Shown: positions 1-9,368, counted from the stretch's first letter. The stretch is 52,688 nucleotides of DNA from a virus (IMGVR_UViG_2531839667_000013); one strand, 5' to 3'. The notes: generated by a model from the letters alone, not told the origin. Made by a program: numbers and translations.

Positions 1-219
1 CTAACGCGGGTATGTAATCATTCTGGCAATGCTTAATGCCGCTGCTTTTTCCAGATTGGTGATATCCTGCTCCAGAGCGGACAGATTTTCAGCCTGCTTA
101 GCTCTGGCTTCATTGGCCCATTTCAGATCCTGCGCTGCATTAATTTTCTGGTGCATCCACTCATAAAGTTCATCATCGGTATAGTCTGGCGCGATGATGA
201 CGGGTTCTCGTTTCTGCAT
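1..219 (-). CDS. YdfC-like small protein of the dicB operon (72 aa)
   Basis: Complete minus-strand ORF (stop at 1-3); recalled similarity to Qin prophage YdfC; lies downstream of dicA-like repressor with ydfA/ydfB-like genes. Confidence 0.5.
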   Translation of the reverse strand: MQKREPVIIAPDYTDDELYEWMHQKINAAQDLKWANEARAKQAENLSALEQDITNLEKAAALSIARMITYPR

Positions 220-248
220 ACTGATTCCTCGCGGTGCTGTTTCGCTTA

Positions 249-377
249 TCAGCCGTTAGATTTTGCCGAGCTGGAAAGCGCCTGTTTAAACTCACTGAAG
301 CTGAGAGCTTCTTCGCCTTCGGCAAGGCCTTCGAAGTATTCTTCGTAAGCCTTTTCCATGATTGTGTCGAAATCCAT
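249..377 (-). CDS. YdfB-like small protein (42 aa)
   Basis: Hand-translated minus-strand ORF MDFDTIMEKAYEEYFEGLAEGEEALSFSEFKQALSSSAKSNG; below the ORF-track length cut-off; sits between ydfA-like and ydfC-like genes as in Qin. Confidence 0.45.
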   Translation of the reverse strand: MDFDTIMEKAYEEYFEGLAEGEEALSFSEFKQALSSSAKSNG

Positions 378-378
378 A

Positions 379-534
379 TCACTCACCTGAGTTTCTTTCC
401 AGCCAGCGACGGGCACCATTTTCGGTTTTAAACGTTTTGCTTTTGGTATACGTCATCGCGGTGAATGTGCCGTCCTGGTTGGGAAACACGCCGTACACCA
501 GAGATTCGTTGTTGCCAAGACCGATAGTATCCAT
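379..534 (-). CDS. YdfA-like small protein (51 aa)
   Basis: Internal ATG of track ORF 379..588 with GAGGT RBS upstream; MDTIGLGNNESLVYGVFPNQDGTFTAMTYTKSKTFKTENGARRWLERNSGE; first gene after the repressor on the minus strand. Confidence 0.5.
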   Translation of the reverse strand: MDTIGLGNNESLVYGVFPNQDGTFTAMTYTKSKTFKTENGARRWLERNSGE

Positions 535-735
535 GTTGACCTCATTTCCCCTTAACGCCGGAGTAGCGGAACTGTTTGCTGAGAACACCGTGCGGTGTCT
601 TGATGAGTGAAATTTAGAATAACCTAAGGCATATGGTCAAGATTTTTATGTAGAAAAACCTAAGTTTTTTGGTGTAAAAAACACAAGTGTTTGAAAGTTT
701 GTGCTTTTTATTACAGGGTGTGGAGAAAAAAGGGG

Positions 736-1143
736 TTATTTGTTTGCGCTTCTTTTGCGAGCTTTAAGTAGTTCTTCAAAAAGTTTGTTGAAATTTTCAA
801 CTCGAGCACGCATCTCTGACAACAGGGCCTTTTGCTCTGAGTCAGGCAGTGCGTCGAACAGTTGAAGTAACTCTTTTTGATCTTCTGTCAGAATGGCTGG
901 CTGATTATTCGGGATCGGTTCGCCTGGTTGTTTATCTTCATCCCCAAAAAGAAGCCAAGTCGGTGAGCACTGAAGCGCTTGGCTCAGTGCGAATAATCTT
1001 TTCCCCGCCGGCTGTGTTTCATCTCTTTCCCATTGAGAAATTGTTACGTGAGCCACTTTGACCAGCTTACCTAATGCGGCCTGAGACAGTTTTAATTTTT
1101 TACGCCTATGTAAGAGGCGAGCACCGAAGGTTTCGTTTTTCAT
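736..1143 (-). CDS. dicA: DicA-like HTH (XRE family) prophage repressor, 135 aa, no S24 peptidase domain
   Basis: HTH motif LSQAALGKLVKVAHVTISQWERDETQP; length and C-terminal ...RARVENFNKLFEELLKARKR match recalled DicA; divergent from a cro-like gene. Confidence 0.8.
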   Translation of the reverse strand: MKNETFGARLLHRRKKLKLSQAALGKLVKVAHVTISQWERDETQPAGKRLFALSQALQCSPTWLLFGDEDKQPGEPIPNNQPAILTEDQKELLQLFDALPDSEQKALLSEMRARVENFNKLFEELLKARKRSANK

Positions 1144-1219
1144 ATTAGGGAATTCTAATTTTTCTTGACTTAGGTTTCTCTACGATCTAGTTTCCTTAGG
1201 AAAATCTAAGGAGCTCGAT
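1144..1219. promoter_or_regulatory. Divergent promoter/operator region between repressor and cro-like gene
   Basis: Inverted repeat CCTTAGGAAAATCTAAGG (1194-1211) and TTGACT -35-like hexamer (1164-1169); related CTAAGG motifs recur at 620-680 on the other side of the repressor. Confidence 0.5.
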
Positions 1220-1447
1220 ATGTTGAAAATTGATGCTATAGCGTTTTTTGGCAGCAAAACAAAGCTTGCCAATGCCGCAGGAGTTAGGTTGGCAAGCATT
1301 GCTGCATGGGGGGAACTGGTTCCTGAAGGTCGCGCGATGCGCCTGCAAGAGGCATCCGGCGGGGAACTTCAGTACGACCCCAAAGTTTATGACGAATATC
1401 GTAAGGCAAAGCGGGCGGGGCGGTTGAACAATGAAAATCACCCCTGA
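1220..1447 (+). CDS. dicC: DicC/YdaS-family Cro-like regulator (75 aa)
   Basis: MLKIDAIAFFGSKTKLANAAGVRLASIAAW...; divergent from repressor; AAGGAG RBS. Confidence 0.75.
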   Translation: MLKIDAIAFFGSKTKLANAAGVRLASIAAWGELVPEGRAMRLQEASGGELQYDPKVYDEYRKAKRAGRLNNENHP

Positions 1448-1982
1448 ACAGGTTTGTGAGGCTCTGGATGCCTGGGTATGCCGACCAGGAATGACACAGG
1501 AGCAGGCGACGATATTAATCACGGAAGCATTCTGGGCTCTGAAAGAACGCCCGAACATCGATGTTCAACGCGTCACGTTTGATGATGGCGCGGTTGATCA
1601 ACGGGCGCTGGGCGTTAACCGGGTGAAGATATTCGAACGCTGGAAATCTATCGACACCAGGGATAAGCGGGAAAAATTCACGGCGCTGATTCCGGCAATT
1701 ATGGCGGCTATCCGGATCAGTGATTTCAGGTTGTATCGTGAAATTACTGACGGAAAAAGCATTACGTACATGATCGCCGGGTTAAACAAAGAATATGGCG
1801 ATGTGGTGGAGTCAGGGCTACTTTTTGCGGATCCAGCTGTTGTGGAACGTGAGACTGACGAACTTATAGAAAAAGCTATTGCTTTCAAGCGTGCGTATCG
1901 TCAGCAATACCAACATTACTTTGCAGATAAACAAATATCTGTCTGGGGTTCGTATGAGTATCGATGCGCTACGATGGGCTAA
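1431..1982 (+). CDS. YdaT-like regulatory protein (183 aa)
   Basis: Position after cro-like gene; motif ...KFTALIPAIMAAI... resembles recalled Rac YdaT; overlaps cro stop. Confidence 0.45.
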   Translation: MKITPEQVCEALDAWVCRPGMTQEQATILITEAFWALKERPNIDVQRVTFDDGAVDQRALGVNRVKIFERWKSIDTRDKREKFTALIPAIMAAIRISDFRLYREITDGKSITYMIAGLNKEYGDVVESGLLFADPAVVERETDELIEKAIAFKRAYRQQYQHYFADKQISVWGSYEYRCATMG

Positions 1983-2994
1983 AAAGGTGAAAACCGGCAG
2001 TTCATCCAGTAAGTCAGTATTGACCTGGCTTGCTGATATGTGCGGTGCCGATTTGTGTGCATACCCGTCTGTATCTGCACTGGCAGAAGTAACGGAACTG
2101 AACAAAAAGACTGTGCAGGACAGCTTACGACACCTGATGGAGATTGGGTTAATTGTTGATACCGGTGAGAGAAAAGGCCGGACAAAACAAATTGTGGTGT
2201 ACCGACTTATCGGTGTTGAAGAAAGTGTTACCGAGGATGAATACACCCAAAAACGGGAGTCTTTAAAGGTAGGTAAAATTGGTACTGTTAATAAAAACAG
2301 AACCGAAAACGGTTATGTTTCAGCACAAAACAGCCCCAAAAACGGAACTCTTTGCTGCATGGAAAATAACCAAAGACACCCAAATTTTCCATCAAAGACA
2401 CCCAAAAACGGATCACGGAACCCAAAGGAACCCAAAGATTTAAACCCCACACATAACGCACGCGAGAGTGCTCCGACCAGTGAGCAGGAAGTTTTGTCGT
2501 TACAGGCAGTCCCCCCTGTATTCCTGGATGGCCTGAGCGAACCCATCGGAAAATTTCCGATGACCGATAACTGGTATCCGTCACGGGATTTTCGACGACG
2601 GGCTGCGTTGTGGGGGATGGCTTTGCCGGAGACAGAATTCACACCTGCTGAACTTGCCGCATTCCGGGACTACTGGGCAGCGGAGGGGAAAGTGTTTACG
2701 CAGGTTCAGTGGGAGCAGAAATTCGCCCGTCACGTAAATCACGTCAGGGCGCAGGTTAAACCAGTCAGCAAGGGGGTAAACCATGCAGCAGCACCAGGTG
2801 GAACCGCATCACGGGCAGTTCAGGAAATTCGGGCAGCACGTGAGCAGTGGGAACGTGAAAACGGATTTATCAGCGACGGAAACGGCCTGGAAGCTGTGGG
2901 AGCTCATGGGGGAGGTTTATTCGAACCGCTGGACCCAGAAGAACGGGGCCGCACCTTCGAAGCTCTGGATTGCACAGATTGGCGCGATGACTGA
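1954..2994 (+). CDS. Replication initiation protein (O-like; N-terminal HTH, C-terminal DnaT-like region)
   Basis: MSIDALRWAKKVKTGSSSSKSVLTWLADMCGADLCAYPSVSALAEVTELNKKTVQDSLRHLMEIGLIV; position before P-like gene; start chosen at ATG 1954 rather than track start 1879. Confidence 0.6.
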   Translation: MSIDALRWAKKVKTGSSSSKSVLTWLADMCGADLCAYPSVSALAEVTELNKKTVQDSLRHLMEIGLIVDTGERKGRTKQIVVYRLIGVEESVTEDEYTQKRESLKVGKIGTVNKNRTENGYVSAQNSPKNGTLCCMENNQRHPNFPSKTPKNGSRNPKEPKDLNPTHNARESAPTSEQEVLSLQAVPPVFLDGLSEPIGKFPMTDNWYPSRDFRRRAALWGMALPETEFTPAELAAFRDYWAAEGKVFTQVQWEQKFARHVNHVRAQVKPVSKGVNHAAAPGGTASRAVQEIRAAREQWERENGFISDGNGLEAVGAHGGGLFEPLDPEERGRTFEALDCTDWRDD

Positions 2995-3448
2995 GCAGCA
3001 AATCCGGCAGGTCTGCCGCCAGTGCATGGACTGCTGCCGGGCGGGTGAAACATGGCCTCCGGACCTGGCTGAGTTTGTGGCGCTGATTTCGGAAAGCGGG
3101 GCCAATCCATTTGGTCTGACGGTGGATGCTGTGATGGAGGAGTACCGCCGCTGGCGCAATGAGTCCTGGCGATACGACGGAAGTGATAAGTACCCGTGGT
3201 CTCAGCCTGTGCTGTATCACATTTGCCTCGAGATGCGTTCAAAGGGGATTGAACGCCAGATGACCGAAGGGGAGTTAAAACGGCTTGCAGAACGGCAGCT
3301 GACGAAATGGGCAAAGCATGTTAGCAACGGCCTGAGTGTTCCGCCTGTCCGGCGACAACTGGCAGCACCCAAACGTCCTGCGGGACCAACGCCAATTGAG
3401 TTGCTGAAACAGGAATATGAACGCCGGAAAGCGGCTGGGTTTGTCTGA
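2783..3448 (+). CDS. Lambda P-like replication protein (helicase loader)
   Basis: C-terminal DKYPWSQPVLYHICLEMRSKGIERQMTEGELKRLAERQL matches recalled lambda P motif ESYPWKSNAHYWLV...; start uncertain (ATG 2783 with GGGGG RBS overlaps O-like gene by 212 nt; alternative ATG 2906). Confidence 0.7.
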   Translation: MQQHQVEPHHGQFRKFGQHVSSGNVKTDLSATETAWKLWELMGEVYSNRWTQKNGAAPSKLWIAQIGAMTEQQIRQVCRQCMDCCRAGETWPPDLAEFVALISESGANPFGLTVDAVMEEYRRWRNESWRYDGSDKYPWSQPVLYHICLEMRSKGIERQMTEGELKRLAERQLTKWAKHVSNGLSVPPVRRQLAAPKRPAGPTPIELLKQEYERRKAAGFV

Positions 3449-3480
3449 TTTGAGAAGTAATTTTTACCGGGAGGAAATTT

Positions 3481-4227
3481 ATGGAGACTGTTTTTGACGC
3501 ACTGAAAGCGATGGGAAAAGCCACGTCGGTAGAGCTGGCTGCGCGACTTGATATCAGTCGTGAAGAAGTGCTGAACGAGCTGTGGGAACTGAGAAAGGCT
3601 GGCTTCGTTGATAAAAGCGTATACACCTGGCGTGTGGCTTATAACAACGTTCAGCAGGAACAGCCAGCGCCGGCAGAACTGTCGGAAGAAACCACCACGG
3701 CAACAGTCGCTAAAATTTCGGAGTGCGATTTAACTGCGACGGTTGAACAACGCGGACCACAAACGGCTGATGAGCTGGCTACGTTGTTCGGTACAACATC
3801 ACGCAAAGTGGCTTCAACGCTGGCAATGGCAATCAGCAAAGGTCGTCTGATTCGTGTAAACCAGAACGGTAAATTTCGTTACTGCATGCCGGGCGATAAG
3901 TTACCAGCAGAGCCGAAATCCGTGCCGGTAACGGAAAATGATGGTAAAGCCTTTCCTCAGCCAGCAGGTGTTGCGTTACCAGTACAGGAAGCTGCAACAC
4001 AGGAAGATATTAAAACAGAAACTGTGGCTGATATTGTGCAATCGTTGCCATCGTTTACTGAAACGCGAGCGGATGACCTGGTTTTACCATCGCTGCATAT
4101 GGCAAACCGCGAATTGCGTCGGGCGAAAAGTCATGTCCAGAAGTGGGAGCGAGTCTGCGCCGCGCTGCGGGAGCTGAACAAGCACCGAGATATGGTTGCC
4201 GGGATTTGTCGGAAGTCCGGGCAATGA
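3481..4227 (+). CDS. Prophage protein with N-terminal winged-helix domain (DUF1627-like), 248 aa
   Basis: Strong RBS GGGAGGAAATTT; N-terminal [33 protein letters not shown]; common post-replication gene in E. coli prophages. Confidence 0.55.
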   Translation: METVFDALKAMGKATSVELAARLDISREEVLNELWELRKAGFVDKSVYTWRVAYNNVQQEQPAPAELSEETTTATVAKISECDLTATVEQRGPQTADELATLFGTTSRKVASTLAMAISKGRLIRVNQNGKFRYCMPGDKLPAEPKSVPVTENDGKAFPQPAGVALPVQEAATQEDIKTETVADIVQSLPSFTETRADDLVLPSLHMANRELRRAKSHVQKWERVCAALRELNKHRDMVAGICRKSGQ

Positions 4228-4388
4228 GCGGATGGTGCAGGCCTGAAATTATGATACTAACAATGAAGGTAAAATGCATCGGCAGTCTGATTGGTCGTAG
4301 TGAGGCGGCGGTCAGGATGAAAGCCCGGGTTAAGGGAATAAGCCTGATTCTGCGGGGTAATTTTCACCAGTCAACAAAATATCCGTAG
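4224..4388 (+). CDS. Small hypothetical protein (54 aa), possibly translationally coupled
   Basis: ATGA start/stop overlap with upstream gene at 4224-4227; no recognised homology. Confidence 0.25.
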   Translation: MSGWCRPEIMILTMKVKCIGSLIGRSEAAVRMKARVKGISLILRGNFHQSTKYP

Positions 4389-5086
4389 CGCGATAACGGT
4401 CAAAAATCATGGCGCTGACACTTTTGTGCCACTGTAGATGACTGTACCTAAGTTCAGGGGAGAAGAACACGTCCGGTGGGATGGTCGGGCCAGATTTAAA
4501 GGGCAGGTCATGGCTCCAGCCAGTACGCTGGCAATGGAGGCTGCCTGGCTGGAAATTGATATGGGAACCACGCCACTCAGGGATTTACTGCCGGTCCAGA
4601 GAATAAATTCCTGTTACGGTTACACCACTGTGATCTTGCAAGTGCAGGAAAGTAGGTCTACACGGTAACGCGAGTGCGTGTAACTTTTGATGTTATTTCC
4701 GTAGAAACACCGGACAAATTTTCGCTGGCAGGTCATGCTGAAGGTATAAATCTGCAGATTATGGACAATTACGGATATCCGGCAAGAGCCGGAAAAAGCA
4801 TGCCGCCTCTAATTCTCAGTGGAAGATGGACTTGATTATACTCATTGCATTGTCAGAAATAGTTATCCATTAAAGGCTGGCTATTCCAAACAGGATGTTG
4901 ATTACAAAAATGTAATCAACATGTAAGGTTTATACTCTTCAATATGCGTATAATTTTCCTTATTTTGTTAACTTTAAATAACAAGCTATGCACGAGGTAA
5001 AGTCGGATAAGTTTATCTGGATGTAATATATATTATTTGTAGTGTTTATAACTTTATTTCATGATAACCAATAAAAGGAGTTTTTT

Positions 5087-5845
5087 ATGAGGAACATAAT
5101 GGCAGGTTTTTTAATATTCCTGTCTTCTGCTGCTTATGCTGATATCAATCTGTATGGTCCTGGTGGCCCGCATACAGCCTTGCTTGATGCAGCCAAACTT
5201 TATGCCGAAAAAACAGGTATTATAGTGAACGTTCATTACGGCCCACAGAACAAATGGAATGAAGATGCCAAAAAAAATGCAGATATCTTGTTTGGCGCAT
5301 CAGAACAATCTGCTCTGGCTATCATTCGGGACCATAAAGACAGCTTCAGTGAAAAAGATATTCAGCCTCTTTATCTGCGAAAAAGTATTTTACTGGTAAA
5401 GAAAGGTAATCCTAAAAATATCCGGAGTATTGACGACCTGACCAGACCCGGGATTGGCGTAATTGTTAATGATGGTGGTGGTACCAGTAATACATCAGGC
5501 ACTGGCGTCTGGGAAGATATTGCCGGACGTAAAGGGAATATAGAAACTGTCGCCGCAATCCGAAAAAATATTATTTTATATGCGCCCAATAGCGGAACTG
5601 CACGTAAGGCTCTTGAGAATCAGCCTGAAGCAGATGTCTGGATAACCTGGGCTGACTGGGCAGCCAGTAATCCAGAAATTGGTGATGTCGTGGAAATAGC
5701 GCCAGACTACGTGATATGGCGTGATATGAACATTACAGTACGTCAGGATGCAAATGATGAAACCCGTCGATTTGCAGAATGGCTACAAACCGATGAAGCG
5801 GCGCCTGCATTCAAAAAATATGGCTGGACCAGGAAAGGCACTTGA
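5087..5845 (+). CDS. Orphan periplasmic substrate-binding protein (ModA/PBP type-2-like) with signal peptide; cargo gene
   Basis: AAGGAG RBS; N-terminal signal peptide MRNIMAGFLIFLSSAAYA; embedded in AT-rich DNA (4700-5086) and followed by a terminator; no permease or ATPase partner nearby. Confidence 0.7.
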   Translation: MRNIMAGFLIFLSSAAYADINLYGPGGPHTALLDAAKLYAEKTGIIVNVHYGPQNKWNEDAKKNADILFGASEQSALAIIRDHKDSFSEKDIQPLYLRKSILLVKKGNPKNIRSIDDLTRPGIGVIVNDGGGTSNTSGTGVWEDIAGRKGNIETVAAIRKNIILYAPNSGTARKALENQPEADVWITWADWAASNPEIGDVVEIAPDYVIWRDMNITVRQDANDETRRFAEWLQTDEAAPAFKKYGWTRKGT

Positions 5846-5850
5846 CATCC

Positions 5851-5880
5851 TCCACGTCCTTCAGAACGTGGATTCTTTTT
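5851..5880 (+). terminator. Rho-independent terminator after the binding-protein gene
   Basis: Stem TCCACGT/ACGTGGA with loop, followed by TTCTTTTT. Confidence 0.6.
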
Positions 5881-6183
5881 CCGGATGCCGCGCCAGCGGC
5901 ATGTAGGGGCAGCTCACAAAACGGAAAAAATTGTACGCTAAGCCTCGCCAGGTGAACTGAATTCATTCCGATATGGGAATTCCCATATCGGACGAAAACG
6001 GCTTGCTGTAACGGCAGAGTTAAGTAGAATTGCTGCGGGTGCTTGAGGCTATCTGCCTCGGGCATGAACACCAACGGCAGATAGATAAAAGCCCCACCCG
6101 ACTATAAATCGAAGTGAGGCCCCTATATGCTCGTCACATATAGATTGCCTCTTACGGACCGAAAGGTCAAGGAGAAGCAGGCT

Positions 6184-6339
6184 ATGAAGCAGCAAAAGGC
6201 GATGTTAATCGCCCTGATCGTCATCTGTTTAACCGTCATAGTGACGGCACTGGTAACGAGGAAAGACCTCTGCGAGGTACGAATCCGAACCGGCCAGACG
6301 GAGGTCGCTGTCTTCACAGCTTACGAATCTGAGGAGTAA
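6184..6339 (+). CDS. hokD: Hok/Gef-family type I toxin (51 aa); in-frame upstream extension from 6127
   Basis: MKQQKAMLIALIVICLTVIVTALVTRKDLCEVRIRTGQTEVAVFTAYESEE near-identical to recalled HokD/RelF; fold-back region and terminator downstream. Confidence 0.85.
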   Translation: MKQQKAMLIALIVICLTVIVTALVTRKDLCEVRIRTGQTEVAVFTAYESEE

Positions 6340-6407
6340 GAGACCCGGCGGGGGAGAAATCCCTCGCCACCTCTGATGTGTCAGGCATTCTCAACGCACC
6401 CGCATTT

Positions 6408-6437
6408 AACCCGCTTCGGCGGGTTTTTGTTTTTATT
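6408..6437 (+). terminator. Rho-independent terminator at the 3' end of the hok mRNA
   Basis: AACCCGC-TTCG-GCGGGTT stem-loop followed by TTTTGTTTTT. Confidence 0.75.
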
Positions 6438-6559
6438 TTCAACGCGTTTGAAGTTCTGGGCGGTGCCGGAATAGAATCAAAAATACTTAAGTAGCGCGCA
6501 GGGATAAGAGGGATGGACCCCGAACAGGGGAGTGCTATTTATCTGGAAGGATTCTGTTG

Positions 6560-6820
6560 ATGAAAATCGAAGAATTACGTGAAATTTTTACTGAAGATGG
6601 CCTCTATACTGTGCGCGTTGAGAATGGTGCTATTGTCAGTCACTGCCGTATTAAATGTTTACAATCTAAACAAAGGAAGAGTGGTGCTGCGTTAATTTAT
6701 TTTGTGGATGAACTTGTGACAGATGGTTTTATTTTGCGTGAAAATGAATTTGTCACATCATTGCAGTCTCTGAAAGAAGCTGGGCTTAAGGCTGGTTTTT
6801 CTGCTTTTGAAGATGAGTAA
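6560..6820 (+). CDS. Hypothetical nin-region protein (86 aa)
   Basis: ATG with GGAAGGA RBS 8 nt upstream; coding-like composition; no recognised domain. Confidence 0.45.
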   Translation: MKIEELREIFTEDGLYTVRVENGAIVSHCRIKCLQSKQRKSGAALIYFVDELVTDGFILRENEFVTSLQSLKEAGLKAGFSAFEDE

Positions 6821-6886
6821 ATTCATCTACAATTCAGCACAGGGCTGAACCCCTGTTGAGTAACACTGTGCCACCGGAGAAAACCG

Positions 6887-7165
6887 ATGGCGCAAAATTC
6901 CAGACCACACAATTCTGATAATTCAGCCGTCTTTGCCAGCAGGCACGGGCGGCGTTCTCATGCATTCAAATATGACTGGTACCAGCATGACCCATGCACT
7001 GAAGAACAGGCCGAATGGCTGATTCAGAACTACCGCAGGCGTGGGTATGAGTTTAGGAAAGCCCTCAGCCTCGATTATCGTCACTGGATAATCTACGTCA
7101 GGCTCCCTTATTCCGAACGCCCACCGCGTCCGTCCCGCACATTCCAGCAACGCATCTGGAGGTAA
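6887..7165 (+). CDS. Hypothetical nin-region protein (92 aa), possibly Rem-like
   Basis: GGAG RBS; sits immediately upstream of the YdfU-like gene, the position rem holds in Qin. Confidence 0.45.
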   Translation: MAQNSRPHNSDNSAVFASRHGRRSHAFKYDWYQHDPCTEEQAEWLIQNYRRRGYEFRKALSLDYRHWIIYVRLPYSERPPRPSRTFQQRIWR

Positions 7166-7166
7166 C

Positions 7167-8216
7167 GTGCGGGTATTACTTCGACCTGTTCCGGTACCGG
7201 AACTTGGGCTGGTGGTCCTTAAGCCGGGCCGTGAATCCATGCAGGTATTTCATAACCCTCGAGTGCTGGTGGAGCCGGAACCAAAAAGCATGCGCGGTCT
7301 GCCGTCCGGAGTCGTTCCTGCCGTTCGCCAGCCGCTGGCGGAGGATAAATCATTACTGCCATTTTTCAGCGATGAGCGGGTGATTCGTGCTGCTGGCGGC
7401 GCTGGTGCACTGTCTGACTGGCTGTTGCGTCATGTCAAATCCTGCCAGTGGCCTCATGGTGACTATCATCACAGTGAAACCGTCATACATCGTTACGGTA
7501 CCGGCGCGATGGTGTTGTGCTGGCACTGCGACAACCAGCTGCGTGACCAGACCTCTGAATCACTCGGGCAACTTGCTCATCAAAACCTGTCAGCATGGAT
7601 GATTGACGTCATACGCCATGCAATGAATGGCACACAGGAGCGGGAATTATCTCTGGCTGAATTATCCTGGTGGGCGGTCCGCAATCAGGTGGCGGACGCG
7701 CTACCGGAAGCTGTATTACGTCGTTCACTGGGGTTGCGTGCGGAAAAAATCCGCTCCTTGTACCGCGAAAGCGACATCGTACCGGGAGAGCAGACCGCCA
7801 CCAGCATACTGAAGCAGCGCACAAAAAATCTTGCGCCGTTGCTTCACACCCACCAGCCACAGAACCCAGCACAGGAAAAGGCGGTGGTCAGCATTACCGT
7901 TGATCCGGAGTCTCCGGAATCCTTCATGAAACGACCTAAACGTCGCCGCTGGGTAAATGAGAAATACACACGCTGGGTAAAGACACAGCCGTGTGCGTGT
8001 TGTGGTAAGCCAGCGGACGATCCTCATCATCTGATTGGTCATGGTCAGGGCGGAATGGGAACAAAATCCCACGATATTTTCACGCTACCGCTGTGTCGGG
8101 AGCATCACAACGAGCTTCATGCGGATCCGCTGGCGTTCGAAGAAAAGCATGGTTCCCAGGTTGATTTAATTTTTCGTTTTCTTGATCACGCCTTTGCAAC
8201 CGGCGTGCTCGGGTAA
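7167..8216 (+). CDS. DUF968 family protein (YdfU-like) with C-terminal Cys/His-rich HNH-like motif
   Basis: GTG start with GGAGG RBS; C-terminal CACCGKPADDPHHLIGHGQGGMGTKSHDIFTLPLCREHHNELH; same length as recalled YdfU (349 aa). Confidence 0.65.
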   Translation: MRVLLRPVPVPELGLVVLKPGRESMQVFHNPRVLVEPEPKSMRGLPSGVVPAVRQPLAEDKSLLPFFSDERVIRAAGGAGALSDWLLRHVKSCQWPHGDYHHSETVIHRYGTGAMVLCWHCDNQLRDQTSESLGQLAHQNLSAWMIDVIRHAMNGTQERELSLAELSWWAVRNQVADALPEAVLRRSLGLRAEKIRSLYRESDIVPGEQTATSILKQRTKNLAPLLHTHQPQNPAQEKAVVSITVDPESPESFMKRPKRRRWVNEKYTRWVKTQPCACCGKPADDPHHLIGHGQGGMGTKSHDIFTLPLCREHHNELHADPLAFEEKHGSQVDLIFRFLDHAFATGVLG

Positions 8217-8228
8217 AAGAGGTTACTG

Positions 8229-8588
8229 ATGCGTATAGAGTTTGTTTTGCCTTACCCGCCGACGGTGAACACCTACTGGCGACGTCGTGGCAGCACATAT
8301 TTTGTATCAAAAGCCGGTGAGCGTTATCGCCGGGATGTGGCACTTATTGTTCGCCAGCAGCGGCTGAAATTAAACCTGTCCGGAAGGCTGGCGATAAAGA
8401 TTATTGCCGAGCCACCGGATAAGCGCCGCCGTGACCTGGACAATATTCTGAAAGCGCCGCTGGATGCGCTGACGCATGCGGGGGTGCTAATGGACGATGA
8501 GCAGTTTGATGAAATCAATATTGTACGTGGTCAGCCAGTATCTGGTGGACGGCTGGGTGTGAAGATTTACAAAATTGAGAGTGAGTGA
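8229..8588 (+). CDS. rusA: Holliday junction resolvase RusA
   Basis: MRIEFVLPYPPTVNTYWRRRG...DKRRRDLDNILKAPLDALTHAGVLMDDEQF matches RusA motifs (DRRRRDLDN). Confidence 0.9.
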   Translation: MRIEFVLPYPPTVNTYWRRRGSTYFVSKAGERYRRDVALIVRQQRLKLNLSGRLAIKIIAEPPDKRRRDLDNILKAPLDALTHAGVLMDDEQFDEINIVRGQPVSGGRLGVKIYKIESE

Positions 8589-8596
8589 GCGTAAAT

Positions 8597-9127
8597 ATGA
8601 TATATCCGGAAATTACAGGCAAAAGCGGCGAACATTTACGCCTGAACACGCTGGAAGCAGTCTGGATCCAGGGGAAATTACGGATGTGGGGGCGGTGGTC
8701 GTATATCGGTGGGGGTAAATCCGGAAATATGTTTAACCGGTTACTGGTTTCGAAAAAGCTGACGAAAACAGCAGTTAATGAGGTTTTACGCAGCATGAAG
8801 AAATCCGGGCTGGAAAAACCGGAACTTGAGGCATTTTTTCGGGATATGACCAGAGGGAAGCAGAAGAGCTGGTTGTCACATTGTACAGACACAGAGGCGT
8901 TGATTATTGATCGCGTTATCAGTGAGGTGCTTGGGGAATATCCCGGGCTAATCAATATTCTCCGGCAAAGGTACGAAGGACGGGGAATGAGTAAGAGAAA
9001 AATGGCAGAATGTTTAAATCGTACTCACCCGGAATGGTGTTTCAGCACATGTGAGAAACGTATTGCAGGTTGGTTAGCCGTGGCTGAACACATGCTTTAT
9101 GTACCTATGCACGATTCATTTCGATAA
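8597..9127 (+). CDS. Late-gene antitermination protein Q
   Basis: Position after rusA and before tR' and lysis/late genes; recalled similarity to Q antiterminators of E. coli prophages; start could also be GTG 8585. Confidence 0.75.
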   Translation: MIYPEITGKSGEHLRLNTLEAVWIQGKLRMWGRWSYIGGGKSGNMFNRLLVSKKLTKTAVNEVLRSMKKSGLEKPELEAFFRDMTRGKQKSWLSHCTDTEALIIDRVISEVLGEYPGLINILRQRYEGRGMSKRKMAECLNRTHPEWCFSTCEKRIAGWLAVAEHMLYVPMHDSFR

Positions 9128-9221
9128 AAAAAGCTTGCTTTTTTACGCAGAAACAGCTTGAATTCCTGTAAGCTTCGCAAAGCTGTATCGCGAGGCGAAA
9201 TGCAAGTTTTTTCGCACAAGG

Positions 9222-9247
9222 AAGCCACCGGAAGGTGGTTTTTTTGT
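9222..9247 (+). terminator. tR'-like rho-independent terminator downstream of Q
   Basis: AAGCCACCGGAAGGTGGTTTTTTT hairpin plus T-run; the late promoter and qut site should lie in 9128-9221. Confidence 0.7.
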
Positions 9248-9368
9248 GTCCGTAATATACAGCAGCGCAATAAATTCGCTGGTGGTTATTAATACCGTTC
9301 TTTCAGGTTGCTGGCTTTTTCGACAAGAGTTATTGGTGTGTCACGTTAACCGGAAAAGGGAAAAAGAC

